From Octopus sinensis (taxonomy: Eukaryota), in contig NC_043009.1 of the NCBI RefSeq assembly GCF_006345805.1, positions 60,140,001 to 60,204,000 on the forward strand: a stretch of 64,000 bases of DNA, given 5' to 3'. The position numbers and the translations under genes are program-made. How positions within the stretch are numbered: the stretch's first letter is position 1; every line of letters starts with the position of its first letter. The notes below the pieces were generated by a model that worked only from the letters and a program-made list of their open reading frames with translations, had not been told where the DNA came from and did not search any database. Shown here piece after piece: positions 52,325 through 64,000 of this stretch.

Positions 52325-52719
52325 TATTTATTCAGATCAAAGGCATTTAATTTGACGATTGTGCTTCATGGGTATAGTTCCACTGATCGATTGCAACGGC
52401 TAGAATCGACAATTTAAAGAGCAGCTGTTAAGAAAATACATGTTACATGTTTTAGCACACGACGCTGCAGCGTTTAGAATCGATAATTTTAAATGCAGGT
52501 GTAAATAAACTACATGTTACAATAACCTGAGAATGCTGAAATAATTGATGAACATTGTAACCCTACAACAATTTCTTTAACCAGTTAATCAAAAATCGTC
52601 TTACGCTTTGCCTGAGTAGCCTATGTAAAATTTTCTTTTTGTCTCAACCCATCCATAGCGCATATTCCACGCGTATTTATTGAAAAATCAATATGTATAT
52701 CAATAAATATACTATATAT

Positions 52720-52776
<57 letters not shown>

Positions 52777-52797
52777 ATATATAATATATTATATATA

Positions 52798-52867
<70 letters not shown>

Positions 52868-53430
52868 TGTACATGCATATATACATATATATACACACAT
52901 ATATATATATATATATATGTACATGCATATATACATATATATACACACATATATATATATACATATATGTATATATATTTGCATATATATAAAGAGCAAA
53001 ATATTGTACACGATTAGAAGGTGCCTACAATACTGACTCCTTATCTACATAGATATACTTTGTGGTATAGAGTAGCATTGAAATAAAGCAATTTTAATGT
53101 ACCTCTAACGAATAACTCGAACTGCGGCGAATGCGTTGTTTATGCAAATTGGTCTGTCTTATTTACTTAAGCCCTTTATAATGCTATACTTATAAGCAGT
53201 GACTTGGTGACAGTTAAAAAGGATAACATCCCAACATAGGATTGAAACCAATGCAACAGATCTTTCTTCTTCTGCTCAGAGATGTATATAAAGATGTGCT
53301 TATATCTGTCTTTATGCATACCTACCTACCTACTTACATAAATACGTACATACATACATACATACATACATACATACATACATACATTCATACATTCATA
53401 CATACATTAAACGTCAAATTTTCTAAGAAT

Positions 53431-53982
53431 CCTTCAAAAGGTGATACAAACATGCAATTTGGCACATTTCTAATTTAAAACATGCTCTTTAAGATAGGCA
53501 AGATTGCCAACATGAAAATCGAAAATGGTGGCCAGAATCCAAGATGGCGCCCAACATTAAAAATTTATAATTGCAATGAACAGGAAACAAGTTTTATTAT
53601 CATAAACGTTATTCATTATGCGATATTTTAGACAAATAGCCTCATATTTGCCTTTTGAAGAATTATTCTATCTTCTTCACTAATTCAGGTTATACAGGTT
53701 TCATCATCAATCAAATGCATGAACAGGCACAAAGTGAAGAAGATAGAAAATCCTTCAAAAGGTAAATATAAGGCTATTTGTGTAAAATATCGCATAATAA
53801 ATAACGTTTATTATAATAAAACTTATTTCCTGTACATTGCAATTATTAGTCTTTAATGTTGGACGCCATCTTGGATTTCGGCCGCCATTTCCGATTTTCA
53901 CGTTGGCAATTATACCTATCTTAAAGAGCATATTTTAAACTATAGCTGTGCCAGACTGCATATTTGTATCACCTTTTGAAGG
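53431..53982. mobile_element. 552-bp fold-back element with ~250-bp arms and a 51-bp loop
   Basis: 53431-53681 pairs with 53733-53982. ccttcaaaagg or its complement occurs at 53431, 53651, 53752 and 53972. Confidence 0.9.
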
Positions 53983-54189
53983 TTTTTTTCTACTATCTAT
54001 TTCACTATTTGTGTTTAACCTGTTTACGGCAACGGCCAGCTATGTTATCCAACACATAACAGAGATATTAATAGAAATGCTAGAAACCAAGCGATGCGTG
54101 TGCCTAAAGTTTTTTTTTTTAAGCGAAGAAAGGCCAACCCTCTAAATAACGTACACACTTGCCCAAAACAAAGAACATATCTACATCAT

Positions 54190-54460
54190 TGGTCAATGGA
54201 TCTTGTGTTTTCGATATTCTGCAATGACGTCATCCGTCCGCTCCGTTCGCGAATAAGCTCATTTTGGATATACTCCCACAATGATACTCCTAGCTTAGAT
54301 CTTTCCCTGGCCCTTTGCCCAATCTATGTTCTTCCCTCTTCGTAGAAGCCCTCATCTCACTTACGTAAAAAAAAGCGCTGGTGAGACGGTGCCACTGAAG
54401 GGACTGGCGCGTAGCATCCTGTCCAACTTTGCATTGGGAATATCTTTTATAGATTCTGTT
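54190..54460 (-). mobile_element. RTE-1-like LINE C-terminal fragment
   Basis: SIKDIPNAKLDRMLRASPFSGTVSPAL...TKREEHRL...RSKLGVSLWEYIQNELIRERSG...DVIAEYRKHK resembles the RTE post-RT region; frameshifted. Confidence 0.7.
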
Positions 54461-54646
54461 GTCTGTGGAGAGTCATTTTCTTTTTGTGCCTTGTAATTTA
54501 ACACACTCACCGGTAAAATTTCCACTTATTTCTTATTTTTATTTTCCTAAAATTTTCGTTGCGTCTTGCAACCTTTTCAATAGTCTTCACTCTTCAACAC
54601 ACGAACTCATATAAAGAATCCTGCAAACCAAATCCAAAGACGAAGT

Positions 54647-55034
54647 GAGTGGCTGTGTGGTAAGTAGCTTGCTAACTAACCACATGGTTCCGGGTTCAGT
54701 CCCACTGCGTGGCACCTTGGGCAAGTGTCTTCTGCTATAGCCCCGGGCCGACCAATGCCTTGTGAGTGAATTTGGTAAACGGAAACTGAAAGAAGCCTGT
54801 TGTATATATGTATATATATATATATATGTGCGTGTTTGGTTGTCCCCCTAGCATTGCTTGACAACCGATGCTGGTGTGTTTACGTCCTCGTCACTTAGCG
54901 GTTCGGCAAAAGAGACCGATAGAATAAGTACTGGACTTACAAAGAATAAGTCCTGGGGTCGATTTGCTCGACTAAAGGTGGTGCTCCAGCATGGCCGCAG
55001 TCAAATGACTGAAACAAGTAAAAGAGTAAAAGAG
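54647..55034 (+). mobile_element. Family-C SINE, full length
   Basis: Complete consensus match; tail gtaaaagagtaaaagagta. Confidence 0.93.
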
Positions 55035-55304
55035 TATATCTTTTATATAGATACACGCCTTCCAATCTACCCTTATTTTTCCGAGAGATTACGGCGTCCA
55101 TGCCTCGGGGCGCATATTCATTGTGTACTCCAAGTAGACGTCGATCTCATCGCTTTCCCTTTCTATTTGTCCCTTGTGCTACGTCGTCAGACTGCGTTTA
55201 CTGTATTACACAGTAGCAAAAACGGGAGAAAAAAAAAGGGAAAGGGTAGACTCGGCAAGAATTACCTTCGGATTATCTATATACATGATCACAGCTAACA
55301 AGGT

Positions 55305-55396
55305 GGGTGGTGGTGGTGGTGGTGGTGGTGGAACATTTGGTGGTAGTAGTAGTAGTGGTAGTAGTAGTAGTAGTAGTAGTAATGGTGGTGGTGGTA

Positions 55397-55429
<33 letters not shown>

Positions 55430-56028
55430 ATGGTGGTAGTAGTAGTAATAGTAGTAGTAATAGTAGTAGTAGTAGTAGTAGTAGTAGTAAAGGTGGTGGT
55501 AGTAGTTGTAGTAGTAGTAGTAGTAGTAGTAGTAGTAATGGTAGTAGTAGTAGTAGTAGTAGTAGTTGCTCTTGTTGCTGCTGCTGCTGTTATGGTAATT
55601 CTCGTTGTCATCAACGCTGTCGGTGATATATATTATTATTGTATTATTGTTGTTGAGGTTATTGTTGCGAGCATTGTTAATAATTATTGGTCGTTTTTGT
55701 TGTTGTTTTTTTTTGTAGTAGTTGTCGATCTGCTGTTGATATTGATGTACCTTTAACACCATATAAGGATCTCTTACAAGTGAAAACGTTATGGTTACTG
55801 GGGGTGGGGTGGGGTGGGGTGGGGTGGTGGGGGGGTGGGGACGAAGGTATTCCAACGTTTCAGTGAATAGGGGGGAACCAGGCGCCAATACATTGGTCGT
55901 TGAACTAATAACCGAATAATAACATAACAAGACACCGCGTTTGGCAATCAACCAGAGAATTTGCAACTTTTTGCGAAATCTTGGCAGAGTTCTGCCCACT
56001 ACTACTACTACTACTACTATTACTACTA

Positions 56029-56071
<43 letters not shown>

Positions 56072-56130
56072 CGCCGCTGCTACTACTACTACTACTACTG
56101 CTGCTGCTGCTACTACTGCTGCTGCTACTA

Positions 56131-56165
<35 letters not shown>

Positions 56166-56310
56166 CCTCCTCCTACTACTACTACTACTGCTGCCACTAC
56201 TACTACTACTACTACTACCACTGCTACTGCTGCTGCTACTGCTGCTGCTAATGCTGCTACCACTGCTACTACTACTACTACTACTACTAATAATAATAAT
56301 AATAATACTT

Positions 56311-56345
<35 letters not shown>
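55305..56345. repeat. Trinucleotide blocks (GGT/AGT)n 55305-55600 and (ACT/GCT/AAT)n 55998-56345 with a G-tract at 55800-55840
   Basis: Direct reading; source of the poly-V/S/T/A/L/Y ORFs. Confidence 0.93.
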
Positions 56346-56347
<2 letters not shown>

Positions 56348-56837
56348 AGAGGCAACAACAACAGTGGCCAAAAGCATCGGGGTACAGTAACTAAAATCGA
56401 AAAATCTAAATATTTTAACATCAACAACAATCAAGAACGACGGCAAGAGAGAAACAATCAAAATATTAACAGCCAAAAATAAACAACAACATCAACAACC
56501 GCAGCTATAAAACCGCAGACACTATAAGCCATTATGAAGAACAACAACAACAACAGTGACAACAAGAACAGCAGCAACAGCAACAAAACTAACGATGTAA
56601 CACCGCAAACTCCTTTCTCTCTTTCTCTCTTTCTCCACAGTCCTTTTTTTAGTAATTGATCCCCGATATTCGGCTCAATCATCGAGAATCAAAAGCCGGG
56701 TGAAGATTTTTATTAAGTAAATGCAATATTGATTCTTCAGCAATACGGGTACACAACGCTGTTTTGAGCGGGTATCCAATACGAGTTTCTGCCTGGTTAT
56801 TGGCGTCCAGATTTGTGAAACCCATAAATATACATAG

Positions 56838-56875
<38 letters not shown>

Positions 56876-57041
56876 ATACACACACACACATACACACTTA
56901 TAATATATATATATATATATATCGATTTATCTGATTATATGCGAGTGCCGGTGCGTATGTGTGTACGTATATTGACTCACATACACACATAGATAGATAG
57001 AGAGATAAGTAAATATAGACATATATATATATATACATACA

Positions 57042-57072
<31 letters not shown>

Positions 57073-57125
57073 GCATATATATAAGTATATATATTACATA
57101 CATAAATATTATATACAGGCATAAC

Positions 57126-57181
<56 letters not shown>

Positions 57182-57215
57182 AATAATAATAATAATAATA
57201 ATGATAATAATAATA

Positions 57216-57283
<68 letters not shown>

Positions 57284-57354
57284 TATGGTATAATATATAT
57301 ATGGTGTAATGTAATTTTTTCATTGTCGAATTGATAAAAGGTGTTTCTTTCTAA

Positions 57355-57412
<58 letters not shown>

Positions 57413-57577
57413 TGTATGTATGTATATATATATAATATATTATACACGCACGTGCACACACACACACACACATGATCAAGGAAATAAAATGAAATAAATT
57501 AACAATAATGAAAATGGCGATGCCTCAGCGTAGGCACTGTTTTAGGCTGAAACAAAAATAGTGAATACGTGGCGCAT

Positions 57578-57615
<38 letters not shown>

Positions 57616-58062
57616 TGTGTGTGTGTGTGTGTGCTGTGTGTGTGTGTAGAATATATCTACGTAGTTCATAAATGAGAGAAAAATTACTTATAAGACCTGT
57701 CGTATAAATCATAATTATTCGATTGCCGACACCTGTCATTAGTTTAAGCTCCGAAATCGTTCAAACAGTCAGACGAATATATGGACGTGTCTTTGGGTAA
57801 ATATATATATATAGAGAAAGAGTGAGAGATAAATAGATATATTTGTGCGTATGTCTATATTTATATATAAAACGAAAATACGTATACATTTATAAATATT
57901 ATATATATATATATTTAAAAAATATATATACATTTACATATATGTGTGTATGTGTGTGTAAATGTATGTATATATATATATATATATATAATATAATATA
58001 TATATATATACATACATATATGTATATATATATATATTATATATATATATATATATATGTAA

Positions 58063-58097
<35 letters not shown>

Positions 58098-58239
58098 AAT
58101 GTATGCATATATATGTTTTATACATATAAACATACACACATATATATATCTATTTATCTCCCACTCTCTCGGTGTCTCTCTCGTTGTATATATACATATA
58201 TATTTATATACATACATATATATATATATAGATATATAT

Positions 58240-58297
<58 letters not shown>

Positions 58298-58309
58298 GGT
58301 ATATATGTC

Positions 58310-59040
58310 CCGCCAGCAATTTGCAAAGAAGGCCACAGATGTTGCAAGTGTGAGGATTACTGGTCAATGCCCTTGGTATATTTGCAACCGCTTTTCTATT
58401 TTGCCTTGCACCCCAAAACCCGTTAATGCTGGTTGCAACAAGTTTTTAATACCATTTTAACACAACGACTCCATTTTGTTCGCACAAGGCTGTTCGCTCA
58501 AAGGCGTTGTGAGCTACTTTCATCACTAAGCGTTTACTCTTCAGCCTATCCTTATATCTGAGCCTTGGTCAACCCACACTCCTGTGTCCACTCTCAAGCT
58601 GGCTGACGACATGGCCAGCCAAGCGCAACTGTGATTTTATAAGGCAGCTCTCAATTCCACCAACCTTACACTTGCTAAACAAGTCGGCATTAGAAACTTT
58701 GTCTTTTAGTGAATGAATAACCGCAGATTGTCCTCAGATAGTCTTTGTGGAAGTTCTCTAGTTGGTTGATGTGTCGTAAGAGAGTAGTAAGAATAGCTGT
58801 TTTATAGACCTGTTCTTTGGTGTCAAGTTTGATGCCCCTTTCATTCCATAGGCGATGACGGAGTTTGCCAAAAGCATTGGTTGCCTTTGCAAGATGGTTG
58901 ACGATTTCATCATCAAGGGAAGCCCTCAAATTCACTTTACTACCAAGATATATAAATGACTTCACATAATTTAGGCTTTTCCCATCAGTCTCCATAGGAG
59001 CATCAGGAAAACTGTGAACTGGTGGCCTCTGCTTGACATA
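58310..59040 (-). pseudogene. RTE-clade LINE 3' fragment with C2H2 finger
   Basis: VKSFIYLGS...LDDEIVNHLAKATNAFGKLRHRLWNERGIKLDTKEQVYKTAILTTLL and terminal [11 protein letters not shown]; same clade as 15634-17150. Confidence 0.9.
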
Positions 59041-59084
59041 TGTACATATATGTATATATATATAACGGGAAAGTTTACGAAAAT

Positions 59085-59085
<1 letters not shown>

Positions 59086-59166
<81 letters not shown>
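59086..59166 (+). repeat. (GATA)n microsatellite
   Basis: Perfect run of about 20 units. Confidence 0.95.
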
Positions 59167-59167
<1 letters not shown>

Positions 59168-59442
59168 CAAAGACACACACGATTCATTTCGTTTCGAGGT
59201 GTATCGAATACATTTACAGAAGAGCTACAATAATGGCGAAATATCGATACCTATCATTCTTGCTCAGCTGGGAGCGAGTTGTCTCGTTTAATCTGAGACA
59301 TTCAGCGTTCTTTAACACTCGGCGTCGTGTAGGGGGCATTACAAGGACGCTAATGGTATAAGCAAAACATATACACTATGTATGCTAGACCGAAAACGTG
59401 TGTGTGTATGTGTGTGCGTGCATGTGTATGTATACATATATA

Positions 59443-59550
<108 letters not shown>

Positions 59551-59601
59551 TATACACATACATACACGCGCACACATAAGCACCCACACACACATACACA
59601 C

Positions 59602-59646
<45 letters not shown>

Positions 59647-60199
59647 TTTTATGTATACATTTTGTATGCCTGTTGAAGTGAAATGAAATAAACTAGCAAA
59701 CATACTAAAGGACATGCCACAGCATGGCCATAGCTTTTGGCTGAAACAAGTAATATTAAAAGCGCATGCGTTCGTGTGTGTGTGTTTATATTTATGCCTG
59801 CACACAATCAAATATATCAAAATTAGGATCTGTTAAGTTTCAAAGTTAACAGCATTTATAAGAATATGCTATTAATAGAAAAAATGCCGTTCAATAATCA
59901 AGAAAGCTAAAGAGTTCAGGTAGAAAGGGAAGTAAAAAAGAGAGGATAGAATCAAAGAGAATTTATAAAGAAGGTAAGTAATTTTGAAAATTGTAAGTCA
60001 AGTATGTTATCTGCAATAGACGTGAGCTGTGAGGTCCTTGAAATATTCACATACAACGAGAATTGTATTTTACTCAAAACGTTACGATTCCGGAAAATGG
60101 ATTGCGTCTCTAATTCTTTAGAGCGCTGACGTTTCCAACTGGGAAATCAATGGTTAATGTGAGGCATTGGTCAGTCTTATTACTTCAATAAACTATATT

Positions 60200-60244
<45 letters not shown>

Positions 60245-60368
60245 TGCGTGTGTGTGTATGTATTTGAGTGTGTGTATGCTTACACTAAATACACATACAT
60301 ATATATATGCATATGTGTGTGCGAGTATGTAGTGTATGTATGTATGTGTATGTATATATGTATATATG

Positions 60369-60421
<53 letters not shown>

Positions 60422-60505
60422 GTATATATGTATATAATATATGTATATAATATATTATATATGTATATATATATATTATATAATATATGTATATATATAT
60501 ATGTG

Positions 60506-60537
<32 letters not shown>

Positions 60538-60663
60538 GTATGTATATATGTATGTAATATATATATATGTATGTATATATATGTATATATATTATATTAT
60601 ATATATATATATATATTTTGTTTTGCAAAATAGTGGTTTTGTCTCTAATTAATATTATATAAG

Positions 60664-60770
<107 letters not shown>

Positions 60771-61109
60771 ATTGGTATGCACCTGAGCACTGTATACAAC
60801 AATTTATTTCATGTGATGTGTGTAGTGTATATATATGCATTATAATATATATATATATATATATAATATATATATATTATGTTAGATTCTCTAGTTTTGG
60901 ATGGAATGGATGGGGAGAGAAAGAATATATATATATACGATATTAACATGAAAATACACATTTGTGTGCACGAAAAGAGAGTAACGCACATACACACACA
61001 CACACACAATATTTATGGAAAACTTATAAAAATGAGCGTAAGTAACTTTACTTAGACATAGCAATATATCTAAATATGACATTATACCTTGTAATATAAC
61101 TAACCTAAC

Positions 61110-61328
61110 AAGGCGGCGAGCTGGCAGAAACGTTAGCACCCCGGGCGAAATGCTTAGCAGTATTTCGTCTGTCTTTACGTTCCGATTTGAAATTACGTCA
61201 AGGTCGGCTTTGCCTTTCATCCTTTCGGGTTCGTTAAATTAAGTACCAGTTGCATACTAGAGTCGATCTAATCGACTGGACACCCTCCCCAGAAATTTCG
61301 GGCCTTTTGCCTAGAGTAGAAAAGAATA
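61110..61328 (+). mobile_element. Family-A SINE, tail type 2
   Basis: Degenerate 17-bp TSD (61093-61109 / 61325-61341, 3 mismatches). Confidence 0.9.
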
Positions 61329-61439
61329 TTCCTAACCTAGCATATCTGTGTATGAATATGTGAACCTTTGTGTGCCTCTCTGTGCCTCCTTGTTTGCAAC
61401 TTGTGTTCATGTCTCCATTTATATTTATATATATATATT

Positions 61440-61515
<76 letters not shown>

Positions 61516-61692
61516 ATATACAATATATATGTATGTGTATACATAAGTGTGTATATATATAACATATATATGTAAATGTATGCATATCCGTATACATATA
61601 ATATATCTATAATATATATATATATACATACATATATATATATATGTGTGTATACATAAGTATATATATACATATATATATACATAAGTATG

Positions 61693-61726
<34 letters not shown>

Positions 61727-62264
61727 GAGAGGAGAGAGAGAGAATTAGATAGATATAGATATAGATATAGATATATATTATGCATGCGTGCGATCTTGTT
61801 CGTCTGTATATATGTTGGCTTTAAGCAAAACCGAAAATCCATTCTTGCAACAATAACTGACTGCGTTTGGAAAGAGATACATAACTATACAACATCGACG
61901 TTTCGATGGGTTTTCATAGCCTACATACTTGCTTAATATTTTCTTTCTGCAGTGTTCATGCTTCAGGGAAGAATTCGATATAATTCAGCAGTTCCAGTGC
62001 CAGCTTCGTAAATAAATAGAATACATAAACAAATAATTCTTGTGTAATATTTATTCTCAACTAATCTCATACTGAAAACATGAATCGTTACATTTCATTA
62101 TATTTTATCCCAACCGCGGCCCATTATCCCGCCACTATTCAACACTGCGGCTGCGCTCCCTTTGGTTATATGCGTGTGTATTTGTGTATGCATGTATGTA
62201 TGTATGTATGTATGTATGTATGTATGTATGTATGTATGTATGTATGTATGTATGTGCATGTGTT

Positions 62265-62497
62265 AAGGCGGCGAGCTGGCAGAAACGTTAGCACGCCGGG
62301 CAAAATGCGTAGCCGTATTTCGTCTATCGTTACGTTCCGAGTTCAAATTCCGCCGAGGTCGACTTTGCCTTTCATCCTCTCGGGGTCGACAAATTAAGTA
62401 CCAGATACGCACTGGGGTCGATATAATCGACTTAATCCCATTGTCTGTCCTTGTTTGTCCCCTCTGTGTTTAGCCCCTTGTGGGTAGTAAAGAAATA
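62265..62497 (+). mobile_element. Family-A SINE, full length
   Basis: 13-bp TSD tatgtgcatgtgt (62251-62263 / 62502-62514). Confidence 0.92.
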
Positions 62498-63139
62498 TAT
62501 ATATGTGCATGTGTGCGCGCGTGCGTGCGTGTGTAAGTATATATATATATATACATACGTCGATATGTATGTGTGTGTGCGTGTGCGGGAGCATACATAT
62601 GTGAACGTATATAATGTGTACATATAATACATATGTATACGCATGCATTCATTTATATAAAATGTATGTGTGTGTATGTACGTGTGTGAGTGTGTGAGTG
62701 CGTGTGCATGTGTTTGTGCGCATATATGTTTGCTAATGAGTTTTTTTGTGTGTATATGTGTGTACGTGTGTGCGTGTGTGTGAGGGAGAGAGAGCAGTGT
62801 CTCATAATTGAATATTGTTTCACCTGGTGGCGGGGTTGAATTTGCCGCCACCCCAGTCGCTCCACCCATGCAACCCCGAAAAACTCAATATACATCAAAA
62901 ATCCTTAAATGGAAAAGGGAAAAACTACATATAGACAAAAATATCTAAAATAAAAAATAGGGCACCATATTTGCCTCTGGATGAAAATATTAAACACAAC
63001 ATTCTATTTGGTTATTGTTCTTACTTTTCCGTTTGGAGAATCTTCAATAACACAGTCTAAATTTATTCCATTTATCAAATGTTTGTTCTATAAACAGCAT
63101 GGAACGATTCTCAAGGTACTCAAAGTTGGTCTCGAGTAA

Positions 63140-63444
63140 TCTTTATATATAAAATTGAAGTTGTGTGTGTGAGACTCTGTCTCCTCCGATTTAGATTCCT
63201 AACTACTCCCACATTTTGGGGTGCAGTTTAACCAAAAGCGGGTATCTTATAGTCGTCATTCATATCGAGCCCTTCTGGGTATTAGCGCGCGTCTACGATG
63301 TGTCTACGATTTTTTAAAAAATTACCATCATTTTTCCGCATTTTTAATGATTTTTGCTCGGTTTTATAAGGGAAGTAACTATCTAAAAATGCTTATATAG
63401 TTATTTCCCTTACAAATCCGAGCAACGCCGGGCGATACTGCTAG
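63140..63444 (+). mobile_element. Non-autonomous Helitron (305 bp)
   Basis: A^TCtttatatataaaattg start and ccgagcaacgccggg hairpin, then CTAG^T end. Confidence 0.9.
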
Positions 63445-64000
63445 TTCTTTACCAAAATTTTATTTACAAAGCTCGTCTCACGGCTGGCAGCGTTAATAGC
63501 AATTGTTAAAAACATCTGCAGTTGAACTACAATATTTGGGACCGAATTCCCCTGATTATTCTTCTATTCTTACAATAAAATTTCCTTCTGCGTATCTGTT
63601 TCGTTGAGCGTATCAGCAACAGCATTAAAATGCTGACGTTTGTTTCTCTCTGTGAAGAAATCCTCCCTATCAATGTCATCAGAGTCGTGATCTAGTCGTC
63701 ACTCATATTTATCGTCCAAAACATTAGATGGAGTAAGGAAAATATTTGTCACGGTAAGTTCAAACAGCTGCCGAAAAGATTTTTCTCGAATTACTCTGTT
63801 CAACGAGGAAGAAAAATTATTCAGTTTTGCTTTGCAATCAGCCTATCCTTCAACGTCAGTCTTCTTATTAATTCCTTCTTGATAACTCTGTAAGACCACA
63901 TTCTCTTCTACAAGGAGTTCAATTTCATGACACGTGTACCCTTAACTATGTTAAGGGTACACGTGTCTGTGGAGTGTTCAGCCACTTACACGTTAATTTC

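Noticed and set aside
55085-55200. Possible minus-strand exon (HKGQIERESDEIDVYLEYTMNMRPEAWTP)
   Set aside because: Weak splice sites and no recognisable homology; cannot be supported without RNA data.
55295-56476. 393-aa ORF and overlapping poly-V/A/T/L/Y ORFs
   Set aside because: Trinucleotide repeats are open in several frames on both strands; no domain or codon signal.
56641-56730. Polypyrimidine tract plus CAG at 56640 suggesting an exon
   Set aside because: The tract is a (CT)-type simple repeat, the downstream frame is short and unrecognised, and no convincing donor follows.
61890-61930. Minus-strand GAAACGTC hammerhead-like motif (also ~44225 and ~60125)
   Set aside because: No CUGANGA-like core with pairing stem I and stem II could be found.
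62824-62856. GC-rich 8-bp hairpin ggtggcgg/ccgccacc
   Set aside because: A single short stem with no terminator U-tract, CTRR end or second copy; compatible with chance.

Overview
Repeat-saturated, AT-rich animal genomic DNA with no convincing host protein-coding gene. The tRNA-derived SINE families and dense (TA)n/(TATG)n/(CA)n microsatellites look like an octopus (coleoid cephalopod) genome; this is inferred from recognised repeat types, not from a search. All long ORFs with recognisable products are transposon relics. These include an RTE-clade LINE RT with a C-terminal C2H2 finger (15.6-17.1 kb) and three further RTE fragments, a Penelope-like RT/GIY-YIG relic (0.06-2.1 kb) and a Helitron helicase C-terminus inside a bounded 959-bp Helitron. 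There are also Tc1, mariner, two hAT and probable MULE remnants. Three SINE families (here A, B, C) occur in many copies, several with readable target-site duplications (TSDs). The most interesting observations are: (i) minimal type-I hammerhead-ribozyme folds with variant cores in short Penelope-type repeats; (ii) SINE dimers and trimers joined at one fixed junction and flanked as a whole by a single TSD; (iii) a modular set of non-autonomous Helitron/Helentron-like elements; (iv) many long fold-back elements, some with microsatellite arms, which could form dsRNA if transcribed. Coordinates were read by eye, so TSD, TIR and hairpin ends are usually exact but degraded-element boundaries are approximate. 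I cannot show that any of this is a new biological system; the hammerhead-like repeats and the multimeric SINEs are the best leads.
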